NCBI GenBank assembly: GCA_038231275.1
Contig: JBBRLQ010000008.1
Location: forward strand, 192,001-256,000
Length of the DNA stretch: 64,000 nt
Direction of reading: 5' to 3'
Source of the DNA: Polyangiales bacterium
GTDB lineage: Bacteria > Myxococcota_A > Polyangia > Polyangiales > Polyangiaceae
The notes beneath the pieces were generated by a model, which searched no databases, was not told the DNA's origin, and was given only the letters and a program-made list of their open reading frames with translations. The translations under genes and the position numbers were made by a program. Shown piece by piece: positions 10,727-19,568 of the stretch; the first letter of the stretch is position 1; each line of letters starts with the position of its first letter.

Positions 10727-11959
10727 GTGAAACGTATCGTCGGCGCTTGCGTGATCGTTTCGTCGTTCATGGCCGCTGCGGCCGCGTGCGGAGGGGATGA
10801 CCCTGTCACCGGAGGCGGCGACGCGTCCACGGACACCTCTCCTCCCCTCGACGCCGCGACCGACACGACGACCAACGACGTCACCCCGCCGCCGGACGCC
10901 AACGACTCCGCGGTCACCGACGCCGCCTCCGACACGGCCACCGGCTCCGACGCGGACGCCGGCTCCGACTCCGCGGCCGACTCCGGTGCCGACGCCGACT
11001 CCGCGACCGACGCCGGTGCCGACGCCGACTCCGGCCCCGACTCCTCCCTCCCGTGCAGCACGATCCCCAACGTCGGCAGCATCTACTACAGCCGCTACCC
11101 GATCCCTCTCCCCGACGGCGGACCCAAGACCGACGGCGAGCTCTGGGTCGTCAAAGGCGACGGCTCCACCGACGTGAAGCTCGGCGCCGGTCGCCGCCCG
11201 CGCCTCTCGCCCGACGGCAAGCGCCTCATGTTCCTGCGCGACAACGCCAACGTCATCGCCGGCAACCTCTACGTCCGCGATCTCCCCACCGACGGCGGCG
11301 CGCCGGTCGACACGCTCGTCTTCGCGAACGACAACAGCGTCGTGGGCTACGACTGGCGATCCGACTCGCAGTCGATCGTCTTCGACTACAAATGCGACAT
11401 CTACTCCGCCAACGCGGACGGGACGAACCGCGTCGTCTTCAGCTCGTACCGCGACGCCGACTGCTACTCGGACTATCCCGTCGTGAACCGCGTCGATGGG
11501 CGCGTCGCGTTCCACAATTTCTATGACGGCCTCGATCTCGCCAGCGGCGTCGACGGCGGCGCCGCGAAGATCCCGAACACGTTCGCGGGCTCCGATCTGC
11601 CGCCGGGACCGATCCACACCGAGGCGGACATGTCGCCCTCGTGGACCGCGGACGGCCAATGGATCGCCTTCCTCAAGGTCCCGCCGCAGGACATCTACAC
11701 GCCCGGGATGATGGGGCCTGCCTGGAAGCTCAAGCCGGACGGCACCGGCCTCGCGCTCGTCTTCAATTTCGATCCGGGCGACGGCTTCTTCCACGGCGGC
11801 GCGATGACGCCCGACGGCGTCTATTACGTGAGCGCCGGGATCTACAAGGGCGTGAACGGAATCTACGCCGTGCCATTCGACGGCTCGGGCGCGATCAAGC
11901 GCGTCTGCACCAGCGCAGGCCCGCTCGTCGACTTCGTCGGCAGCGTGACCGGTCCGTAG
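10727..11959 (+). CDS. TolB/PD40-like beta-propeller lipoprotein
   Basis: AAAAC lipobox; DA/DSG acidic linker; PRLSPDGKRL and PSWTADGQWIAF repeats. Confidence 0.8.
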   Translation: MKRIVGACVIVSSFMAAAAACGGDDPVTGGGDASTDTSPPLDAATDTTTNDVTPPPDANDSAVTDAASDTATGSDADAGSDSAADSGADADSATDAGADADSGPDSSLPCSTIPNVGSIYYSRYPIPLPDGGPKTDGELWVVKGDGSTDVKLGAGRRPRLSPDGKRLMFLRDNANVIAGNLYVRDLPTDGGAPVDTLVFANDNSVVGYDWRSDSQSIVFDYKCDIYSANADGTNRVVFSSYRDADCYSDYPVVNRVDGRVAFHNFYDGLDLASGVDGGAAKIPNTFAGSDLPPGPIHTEADMSPSWTADGQWIAFLKVPPQDIYTPGMMGPAWKLKPDGTGLALVFNFDPGDGFFHGGAMTPDGVYYVSAGIYKGVNGIYAVPFDGSGAIKRVCTSAGPLVDFVGSVTGP

Positions 11960-11977
11960 GGTCGGCGTCCTAGCGGC

Positions 11978-13081
11978 TCAACCCGGGTGCTGGAGCCACC
12001 ACGTCCGCGCGACGGCCTGCACGATCGGGGTGCGGAACGCCGGATTGGGGTGGCTGCGGAGGAAGCCGATCGGGTTCAGCGGCGAGACGCCTGCGGCTCG
12101 TTCCATGCGCGCGAAGTAGTCGAGGAGCGCGAGGCCGCCCGCCTCCGTCCAGCGAAAGCCGATCTGCATGCGCGCGCGACCCGTGTCGAGAACATTGATG
12201 CACCCCGCGCCGTCGGCGGCGACCTCGTTCGGCTGGTTCAGGCCGGGGAGGAGGTTCGTCGCGATGTTGGCGAGCAGCGCGGGGCTGGGCCCGTTGCCCG
12301 GCGCCTGCCCGTTCGCGCAGCCTGTGTGCCCGAGGTAGTGGTGCGCGAGCTCGTGGCCGAACGTGAACGCCACGATGTCGTCGTAGATCTCGTGCGCCCG
12401 CGAGAGCCTCCGCGGATCGGCGAGCACGTTCATCGGAATGATGCCGAGCGGGAGCGCGGGGCTCGCCTTGTCGCTCTTCACGATCTGCGGGATGACGGTG
12501 CTCGAGTACTGCTCGTAGGTGCTCGTTCCGTAGAGCTCGTCGGTCGCCCTCGTCTGCGCGATGGCGTCGACCGCCTCGAGGAGACCCTCGGTGCCGGCCA
12601 AGAACGGCCCGCCCTTCTCGTCACACCCCGCGAACGCGTTCACCTCGTTGGGGTTCGGATCGAACACGAGCGGGATGCCGCGCACACGGGCTGCGTTGGT
12701 CGGCGACAGCTGCGCGATCAGCTCCGCGAGGACGCCGCGCACTTCGTTCTGCCACGCGAGAGGCCCCACGAGCGGGATGAGGAGCGGCCGCTGCGGACCC
12801 GGCTGAGGATTCGGCCGCGGCTGGGGCTGCGGCTGGGGCTGCGGGTACGGCTGCGGTTGGGGGTACGGCTGCGGATACGGCTGCGGTTGGGGGTACGGCG
12901 GTGGGTACTGCTGCGGTGGGTACTGCTGCGGTGGGTATTGCTGCGGCCCACCGTATTGCGGCTGCGGCTGCGGAGTTGGCGCGGGCGTCGGCGAGGCCCC
13001 CGCGCACGCCCCGACCATGAGCGAAAGGACCGCCAGTAGAGAGATGAGGAGGGACGGACGACGAACGCGCGAGCTAGGCAT
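11978..13081 (-). CDS. M48 family zinc metallopeptidase lipoprotein with Pro/Gln-rich linker
   Basis: VGAC lipobox, VNAFA, GHELAHH (HExxH), NEVAAD, SHP motifs. Confidence 0.88.
   Translation of the reverse strand: MPSSRVRRPSLLISLLAVLSLMVGACAGASPTPAPTPQPQPQYGGPQQYPPQQYPPQQYPPPYPQPQPYPQPYPQPQPYPQPQPQPQPRPNPQPGPQRPLLIPLVGPLAWQNEVRGVLAELIAQLSPTNAARVRGIPLVFDPNPNEVNAFAGCDEKGGPFLAGTEGLLEAVDAIAQTRATDELYGTSTYEQYSSTVIPQIVKSDKASPALPLGIIPMNVLADPRRLSRAHEIYDDIVAFTFGHELAHHYLGHTGCANGQAPGNGPSPALLANIATNLLPGLNQPNEVAADGAGCINVLDTGRARMQIGFRWTEAGGLALLDYFARMERAAGVSPLNPIGFLRSHPNPAFRTPIVQAVARTWWLQHPG
12790..12975 (-). repeat. coding low-complexity tandem repeats (YPPQQ x3, QPYPQP)
   Basis: Degenerate ctgcggtgggta / ggctgcggttgggggtac units within the M48 gene. 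Confidence 0.8.
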
Positions 13082-13159
13082 CGATTTCACCCGGGAACGA
13101 TAGCTCGCACCTTGCCAAATGGCGCGGCGCGAACAATACTTGGACAACATATGGACAAC

Positions 13160-13582
13160 ATGGCGAGCGATTTCGAGGTCGAGGTCTTCTACGACGGCGC
13201 GTGCCCGCTCTGCATGCGCGAGATCTCGATGCTGCAACGGTTGGACCGGCGCGCGCGCATCCGATTCACCGACATCGCGTCGGGAACCTTCGATCCCGCC
13301 ACGCTCGGGCTCACGATGGACGACATGATGAAGCGCATCCGTGCGCGCTTGCCGAGCGGCGAGCTCATCGATGGCGTGGAGGTCTTTCGCAGGCTCTACG
13401 CGGCGGTCGGCTTCGAGCGAGCGGTGGCGGTGAGCCGATTGCCCGGAGTCTCGAGCATTCTCGACCTCGGCTACTCGCTCTTCGCGGCGAACCGCCTGCG
13501 CCTCACGGGTCGTTGCGAGGCGGGGCAGACGGGCGCAACGTGCGACGTCACGACTCCCCCAGCGCGCCCGGCGGCAGGCTGA
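13160..13582 (+). CDS. DCC1-like thiol-disulfide oxidoreductase (DUF393)
   Basis: FYDGACPLC (DxxCxxC), [17 protein letters not shown]; alternative start 13151. Confidence 0.9.
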   Translation: MASDFEVEVFYDGACPLCMREISMLQRLDRRARIRFTDIASGTFDPATLGLTMDDMMKRIRARLPSGELIDGVEVFRRLYAAVGFERAVAVSRLPGVSSILDLGYSLFAANRLRLTGRCEAGQTGATCDVTTPPARPAAG

Positions 13583-15281
13583 CCGCGTCCGCACCGGCGA
13601 CGCCGCGGAGCGCGTTCGTGAAGGCGCGTGCGTCTTGGAAGCGGTCCTCGGCGGCCGGCGCGACGGCGCGCGAGATGATCTTCTTCCAGTCCGGCGGGAT
13701 GACGACGCTCTGCACGCCGCTCTCGGCGACGCCCGGGGCCATCGACGGTTGACGCCATAGCTCGCTCGGCGACGTTGGCGGCGGCTCGCCGGTGAGGCAC
13801 TCGTAGAGCACCGCGCCGAGCGCGAAGATATCGCTGCGCGCGTCGACCGTGCCGCCCTCGGCCTGCTCGGGCGACATGTACCCCGGCGTTCCTACCGCCG
13901 AGCCCATGTTCGTGATGCGCGTCTCCTCCCATTCGACGCGCGCGATGCCGAAGTCGAGCACCTTCACGCGCTCGGTGTGCGGATCGCCCGGAATGGGGCA
14001 GAGGAAGATGTTCGACGGCTTCACGTCGCGATGCACGACCCCGGCCGCGTGAACCGCCCCGAGCGCGTCGGCGATCTGCAGCGCGAACGGCAGGAGCTCG
14101 GCGGGCGTGAGGCGGCCCTTCGTCTTGAGGCGCGCGGCGAGCGACTCGCCGGCGAGGAGCTCCATCACCATGTACGACGTGCCGTCGGCCAGGTGACCGT
14201 GATCGAGGACCTCGACGACGTTGGGATGCCACGCCAGGCCCAGCGCCTCGGCCTCGCGGCGAAGACGATCGGACGCGACGGCGTCGTGCGCGGCGGCGGC
14301 GCGGAGGAGCTTGATCGCGACCGGAACGCCGTCGGCGCTGCGCACGGCCTCGTAGATGACGCCGCTCGCGCCCGAGCCCATGCGTTGGCGGATCTTGTAC
14401 TGCCCGGCGACGACGGTCCCCACGAGATCGCCGGCCGCCTCGCGCTCCGGGTTGTCGCGGAGATACAGGCCGCGCTCGAGGGCGTTGACGCGTGCGACCT
14501 GCGCGAGCGTCTCGGCGCGGCGCCTGCGATCGCGCGCCCACGACGCGCCGAGGAGCGCGCCGGCGCACGTGGCGACCGCGAGCGCCGTCTCGGTGCCGAT
14601 CGTCGGATGAAAGAGCACGGGCAACGCGAGGAGGCCGGCGCCGAGCGCGCACCCGATCGCGATCGCGCGCGGGCTGCTGGGGACACTCCACCGCACCTCG
14701 AACGTCTGCGCCACGACGCCGGTGTCGCTCGGCGTCGACGCGTGTGCGACGACCTCGACGTTGCTGTAGCCGAAGAGCGCCGGGATCGCGCGGAGCTCGG
14801 CGGCGCGCTGGACGGCGAGGAGACCGTCCTTCTCGAGCGCCGGATCGTGCGCGAGCACCACCCTCCCCTCCCAAAGGCCCGGGCGCGCGTTCGTCGTCTC
14901 CCAGCGCGTCGTTCGGCCGTACTCGCTGTCGGCCCCTTCGAGGCGCGGGAACGCCTCCTCGGGTCCCTTTGCGCCGCGCAGCGCGCGCATCCACACGCCG
15001 ACGTTGTCGGGCTCGAGGAGCCGCGGCCAAGACTCCCCCACCGCCTCGCGCGACAGGCGAGCGACGAACGAGACGAGCCCATCGTGGAGCGTCGTCAGAG
15101 GAATCTGGCGCGTCTCGTCCTCGAGGTCTTGCCTCGCGACCGTCAGCGCCGCCAGCCACGCGTCGGCGACCTCCGCCCCCTTCCGCGCCTCGAGCTCCTT
15201 GAGGAGAGCCTTGAGCTTCGAGGCGGTGCACTGCCCCGCGGGGAAGGAACGGCGGTTCACGAGGATCCTCCCAGGAAGCAT
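13548..15281 (-). CDS. membrane Ser/Thr protein kinase with N-terminal putative sensor domain
   Basis: [30 protein letters not shown]; two hydrophobic helices precede the kinase domain. Confidence 0.9.
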   Translation of the reverse strand: MLPGRILVNRRSFPAGQCTASKLKALLKELEARKGAEVADAWLAALTVARQDLEDETRQIPLTTLHDGLVSFVARLSREAVGESWPRLLEPDNVGVWMRALRGAKGPEEAFPRLEGADSEYGRTTRWETTNARPGLWEGRVVLAHDPALEKDGLLAVQRAAELRAIPALFGYSNVEVVAHASTPSDTGVVAQTFEVRWSVPSSPRAIAIGCALGAGLLALPVLFHPTIGTETALAVATCAGALLGASWARDRRRRAETLAQVARVNALERGLYLRDNPEREAAGDLVGTVVAGQYKIRQRMGSGASGVIYEAVRSADGVPVAIKLLRAAAAHDAVASDRLRREAEALGLAWHPNVVEVLDHGHLADGTSYMVMELLAGESLAARLKTKGRLTPAELLPFALQIADALGAVHAAGVVHRDVKPSNIFLCPIPGDPHTERVKVLDFGIARVEWEETRITNMGSAVGTPGYMSPEQAEGGTVDARSDIFALGAVLYECLTGEPPPTSPSELWRQPSMAPGVAESGVQSVVIPPDWKKIISRAVAPAAEDRFQDARAFTNALRGVAGADAVSLPPGALGES

Positions 15282-15389
15282 CGCACCAAAGACGAGCGCG
15301 CCATAGTCCGCACGAGGGCGAAATGTGGGGGGGCGTGGGCGAGCGGCCCCCCACTAAAGGTTTGCGCAGGCGAACCGTTCGCCAGGCCG

Positions 15390-16253
15390 ATGTCCACCGA
15401 GAGTACGACGGTCGTGGTGGTCGAGGATGACGTCGCGATTCGCGGGTTTGCCTCCCACGTCTTGCGAAAGCGAGGCTTCACGGTGCTCGAAGCGGCGACC
15501 GCCGAGGTCGCGCTGGTGGTGCTCGGGACCCTCGAGCGCGGCGTGGCGCCGGTGATCCTCTCGGACAAATGCCTCCCGGGCATGACCGGCCTCGACATGA
15601 TCGAGCGCGCGCGCGACGTCGTGGAGGATTTCGAGGTGGTGCTCATGACCGCCTTCGCCGACAACGAGGCGCTGATGCGGAGCGTGGAGCTCGGTGTCTT
15701 CCGGTGCATCACCAAGCCCTTCCACGTCGCCGAGCTCGTCTCGGCGATCACGGCGGCGCGTGATGTCCTGGTCGCACGCTGCGGCGAACGCGCACAAGCG
15801 CACTCTCTCGAGGAGCGGAACGCCGAGCTCGAACGACGCCTGCGCGAAAGATCCGGGCGTCCCGCGAAATCGCACCGCCACGGAGCGCTGCCGCCGGGGC
15901 TTCGCATCCTCTTCGTCGACGACGACGCGCTCGTCCAGCGCGCCTACTCGCGTCTCTTCCCCCGTCAGAACGTGCGCCTGTCCACGAGCCCGCTGGCCGC
16001 GCTCGAGAGCCTCGCCCTCGAGCCGGCGGACATCATCGTGTGCGACATGCACATGCCGGAAATGGACGGCGTCACCTTCTGGAAGCGGCTGAACGAACTG
16101 GATCCGAAGCTCGCGGCGCGCGTCGTCTTCGTCTCGTCGGGGGAGGCCCAGTCGACGCGGGGCTCCACCGTCACGGCGAAGGTGCCGCTCGTGCAGAAGC
16201 CGTTCCAGGCCTCGGAGCTCGAAGGGACGGTCCTGCAGCTGCTCGCGTCGTAA
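15390..16253 (+). CDS. response regulator with two receiver domains
   Basis: VVEDD..SDKCLPGMTG..TKPF and FVDDD..CDMHMPEMDG..QKPF joined by a coiled-coil linker. Confidence 0.9.
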   Translation: MSTESTTVVVVEDDVAIRGFASHVLRKRGFTVLEAATAEVALVVLGTLERGVAPVILSDKCLPGMTGLDMIERARDVVEDFEVVLMTAFADNEALMRSVELGVFRCITKPFHVAELVSAITAARDVLVARCGERAQAHSLEERNAELERRLRERSGRPAKSHRHGALPPGLRILFVDDDALVQRAYSRLFPRQNVRLSTSPLAALESLALEPADIIVCDMHMPEMDGVTFWKRLNELDPKLAARVVFVSSGEAQSTRGSTVTAKVPLVQKPFQASELEGTVLQLLAS

Positions 16254-16279
16254 CCCCCGTTTCGGGCTACGTTTCGCGG

Positions 16280-17590
16280 ATGGGCGAGCCGCTCTTGCAC
16301 GGTGCCGTCGTGCGTCGCGTCGACATCGCGGACGCGGTGGCGGCGCTCGAAGTGCGCGCTCCGGGAGAGACGAGCGTGGTCCTCGTGGGCATCGCGCGCG
16401 GGCTTCGTGGCGTGGGGATCGTGTCGAGCGACGAGCGCAGGGCAGCGTGGGAGACGCGGCTGCCGGCGGGAGCGACGCGCACACGCGGGGGCGCCGGAGC
16501 GCGCGTGGAGGGAGGGCGCATCGTCGGCGTGTCGGCGCGAACGGTAGGAATCGAAGCGGAGGGAGTGACCTTCGTGATCTCGATCGGCCCCCTGCGGATC
16601 GCCATCGCCGAGGGGACCGTCGACGGGCCGGACGGCGAGGACGTGCGGGCGGAGTACGAAGCGCGCGGCAAAGAGCTGCTCGCGGCGTTGCGTGCGGAGG
16701 CGCACGAGCGACGACGCGACGGCATCCTTCGCGCGATCCAGCGCGGCGTGTCGAAGCTGCAGCGGCGCATCGGCGCGATGCGCGGGGATCTGGCGCGCCT
16801 CGCCGACGCCGAAGCGCTCGCGGCGCAGGCGCAGTGGCTCATCGCGGCCGCCGTGCGCGCGCCGCGGGGCGCCAAGGAGCTGGAGGTCACCGACTGGTCG
16901 ACCGGCGAGGCACGACCGCTCGTGGTCCCGCTCGATCCCGCGAAGCCCGCGCGCGCACAAGTGGATGCGATGTTCCAGCGCGCGCGACGGCTCAAGCGCG
17001 GCGCGAAGATCGCCGAGGAGCGGATCGCGAAGGCCGGCGTGGTGGTGGAAGGGCTCGACGCGGCGTCGGAGCTGGCGCGCCGCGCGGAGGATGGGCGCGG
17101 ACTCGACGTCGCGCTCGCCAAGGCCCGCGCGCTGGCGCCGAGGGACGTCGCGCTCGACGCGGGACCGACCGGGCCCGGCTCTGCGCCGAAACAGACGAAG
17201 AGCGCGCCGTTTCGTACGTTCGTCGCGTCGGGCGGCGCGCGCATTCTCGTCGGCAAGGGGGCCGCGCAGAACGATCAGCTCACGTTCCAGAACGCGCGCC
17301 CCCACGACCTGTGGCTCCACGCGAAAGGACGCACCGGCGCGCATGTTGTCGTGCCGCTCGCCAAGAACACGACCTGCCCCGGCGATCTCCTCGTCGACGC
17401 GGCCCACCTCGCCGCCCATTTCTCGGAGGCCCGCGGCGACGGCGTGGTCGAGGTCCAGTACACGCCGCGCCGGTACTTGCGAAAGCCGCGCGGCAGCGCG
17501 CCAGGGCTCGTCGTCGTCGACAGAGAGAAGGTGCTGCCCGTGCGGCTGGAGGCCGGCAGGGTGGAGAGGCTCCTCGAGGCCGAAGAGTAG
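16280..17590 (+). CDS. NFACT RNA-binding domain protein (RqcH/FbpA family)
   Basis: C-terminal ILVGKGAAQNDQLT..DLWLHAKGRTGAHVVV..AAHLAAHFS..VQYT..KPRGSAPGLV; coiled-coil middle with VPLDP. Confidence 0.85.
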   Translation: MGEPLLHGAVVRRVDIADAVAALEVRAPGETSVVLVGIARGLRGVGIVSSDERRAAWETRLPAGATRTRGGAGARVEGGRIVGVSARTVGIEAEGVTFVISIGPLRIAIAEGTVDGPDGEDVRAEYEARGKELLAALRAEAHERRRDGILRAIQRGVSKLQRRIGAMRGDLARLADAEALAAQAQWLIAAAVRAPRGAKELEVTDWSTGEARPLVVPLDPAKPARAQVDAMFQRARRLKRGAKIAEERIAKAGVVVEGLDAASELARRAEDGRGLDVALAKARALAPRDVALDAGPTGPGSAPKQTKSAPFRTFVASGGARILVGKGAAQNDQLTFQNARPHDLWLHAKGRTGAHVVVPLAKNTTCPGDLLVDAAHLAAHFSEARGDGVVEVQYTPRRYLRKPRGSAPGLVVVDREKVLPVRLEAGRVERLLEAEE

Positions 17591-17635
17591 GGTCGCCCCT
17601 CGGGAACTTCACCGCCTCGCGCGTGTCCACCCTGC

Positions 17636-19483
17636 ATGGCGCACGATCCGCTCGTCCTCCGCGCGTTCTGGGGTGACGATCTGCTGAGCACGATTCACGT
17701 AGACCGCCCCCGCGCCGTGTGGGCGCGCGAGTTGCCGCTCCCCGAAGGAACGACCGACTGGTGCGTCCTCGACGAGACGGCGCGGCTCGTGGGCCCCGAT
17801 GGCGCGGCGCAGACGATCCCCGCGGATGGAGAGGCGCGCGTGGAGGTCGGCGGCGTCACGCTGGTTGCCGAGCGACCGGGACCGCGCGCGTTCGCGGGAG
17901 CACCGCGACGGTCACGCGCGAAGGCGCTGCTCGCGGCGTCGGTGATCGCACACGTGGGCCTCTTGGCGATCGCCGCGGCCGCGCCCGAGACCTCGAAGGC
18001 CGACACCGACCGCGCGCGGCTCGCCGACCTGAAGGTCTACACGCTGGCCATCGCGCTTCGCGACGATCCGCGCTCCGATCCGCCGAACACCGTGGAGCCC
18101 GAAGAAGGCTCGATGGGGACGCGCGCGAAGGGCGAGGAGGGGCGACACTTCGCGGTGAAGGGGCCTGTCGCGGGTCCGGGGCTCGATCCGGCGGCCGCCC
18201 GCGCCGGCGCCCTCCGCGAGGCGGCGGAGTTCGGAATGATCGGGCTCCTCGCCACGGGCGAAGGCGGCGGAGGCACGGGGGGTGGATTCGGGCTCGGTGG
18301 GATCGGCACGAGCGGCGGAGGCGGAGGAGGCGGCACCGGCGCCAAGGCTTCGCCGTTCGTCCCTTCTCAGACCGCCGGTGTGCGCGCCGGAGAGTGGGAC
18401 GACAACGCGTCGTTCCGCGAGTTCACGGGATTCCTCGCGACGACCGGCCGCTCCTCGGGACGGTCGTGGACCCGCACGCTCGACGTGCGCGATCGTCAGT
18501 TCGTCGTCGTGCGCGACGCGAACGGAAAGGCGGTGCCCTCCTGTTGGCTCGACGTGCGCGACGCCCAAGGTCAAAAGACCCAGCTTCGCACCACCGCCGC
18601 CGGGCGCGCGCTCCTCTTTCCGCACGCCGAGGGCCTGTCCGCGCCGCTCACCGTCACCGCGCGCTGCGGCGTCGCCAACGGCGTCGCGACGGCGACCACG
18701 CTCGAGCCGGACGGCGCGATCGTGGTCGATTTGCCGGTGGCGCGCGCGGTCCCTTCGGCGCGGCGCGTTCAGCTCGGCTTCATCCTCGACACGACCGGCT
18801 CGATGTCCGAAGAGATCGCCGAGATCAAATCCACGATCCGGCAGGTGTCGCAGCTCCTCGGTCACGAGCAAATCGCCCTCGAGGTCGGCCTCGTCGAATA
18901 CAAAGATCACGGGGACGAGTTCGTCACGCGCGCGTACAAGCTGTCGCCGGATCTCGCGGCGTTCTCGCGGACGATCGATCACCTGTCGGCGGGAGGCGGC
19001 GGCGACGCGCCCGAGGCGGTGGAGGACGGTCTCCGCGCGGGTCTGGACGATCTCGGATGGTCGCTCGACAGCACCGTGAAGATGGCGTTCCTCGTCGGCG
19101 ACGCGCCGCCGCACGAGGATCAAGACGATCGGTACGCCCGCCAGGCGAAGCGGTACGCGCACGCGGGCATCCCGGTGTTCACCATCGCCGCGTCGGGCAT
19201 GGACACCTACGGACAGGTCGTGTGGCGCCAGGTCGCGCAGTACACCGGCGGCACGAACATGTTCGTCCTCCGCGGCGGCGCGGGCCCGCAGTCGGCGGGC
19301 GCCGGCGACCCGCTCACGAGCTGCGGCACGCGACAGACGCAGTACACGAGCGGCAACCTGCACCAGCTCGTCGTCGACAAGGTGAAGGGGCAGCTCGCCG
19401 CCGTCGACGCCGATCCGATGAAGATCCGCGGAAGAGGCCAGGACGAGCACCCGAGCGCATGCGCCCGCCTCGCGCAGCGCTAA
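17636..19483 (+). CDS. membrane-anchored VWA-domain protein
   Basis: TM segment ALLAASVIAHVGLL; EAAEFGMIGLL and Gly-rich linker; VWA MIDAS DTTGSM, GGGDAPE, VGDAPPH. Confidence 0.82.
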   Translation: MAHDPLVLRAFWGDDLLSTIHVDRPRAVWARELPLPEGTTDWCVLDETARLVGPDGAAQTIPADGEARVEVGGVTLVAERPGPRAFAGAPRRSRAKALLAASVIAHVGLLAIAAAAPETSKADTDRARLADLKVYTLAIALRDDPRSDPPNTVEPEEGSMGTRAKGEEGRHFAVKGPVAGPGLDPAAARAGALREAAEFGMIGLLATGEGGGGTGGGFGLGGIGTSGGGGGGGTGAKASPFVPSQTAGVRAGEWDDNASFREFTGFLATTGRSSGRSWTRTLDVRDRQFVVVRDANGKAVPSCWLDVRDAQGQKTQLRTTAAGRALLFPHAEGLSAPLTVTARCGVANGVATATTLEPDGAIVVDLPVARAVPSARRVQLGFILDTTGSMSEEIAEIKSTIRQVSQLLGHEQIALEVGLVEYKDHGDEFVTRAYKLSPDLAAFSRTIDHLSAGGGGDAPEAVEDGLRAGLDDLGWSLDSTVKMAFLVGDAPPHEDQDDRYARQAKRYAHAGIPVFTIAASGMDTYGQVVWRQVAQYTGGTNMFVLRGGAGPQSAGAGDPLTSCGTRQTQYTSGNLHQLVVDKVKGQLAAVDADPMKIRGRGQDEHPSACARLAQR

Positions 19484-19530
19484 GTGGAGCCAAGCGCTGC
19501 GGAGCGAAACGCTCTGGGGGAAAGGCCTGC
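19478..19530 (+). repeat. short dispersed palindromic repeat, family B copy 1
   Basis: CGCTAAGTGGAGCCAAGCGCTGCGGAGCGAAACGCTC, 33/37 identical to 52343-52379. Confidence 0.8.
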
Positions 19531-19568
19531 TCGGCTTTTCCAGTCAGGCCCTGGGCGCGCGCGACCGA

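Noticed and set aside
10816-11050. Repeated GACGCC/GACTCC units
   Set aside because: Coding low-complexity DA/DSG linker; no spacers, not a CRISPR or mobile repeat
13141-13161. TGGACAACAT tandem duplicate at the DUF393 start
   Set aside because: Only two short copies; could be an operator but unsupported
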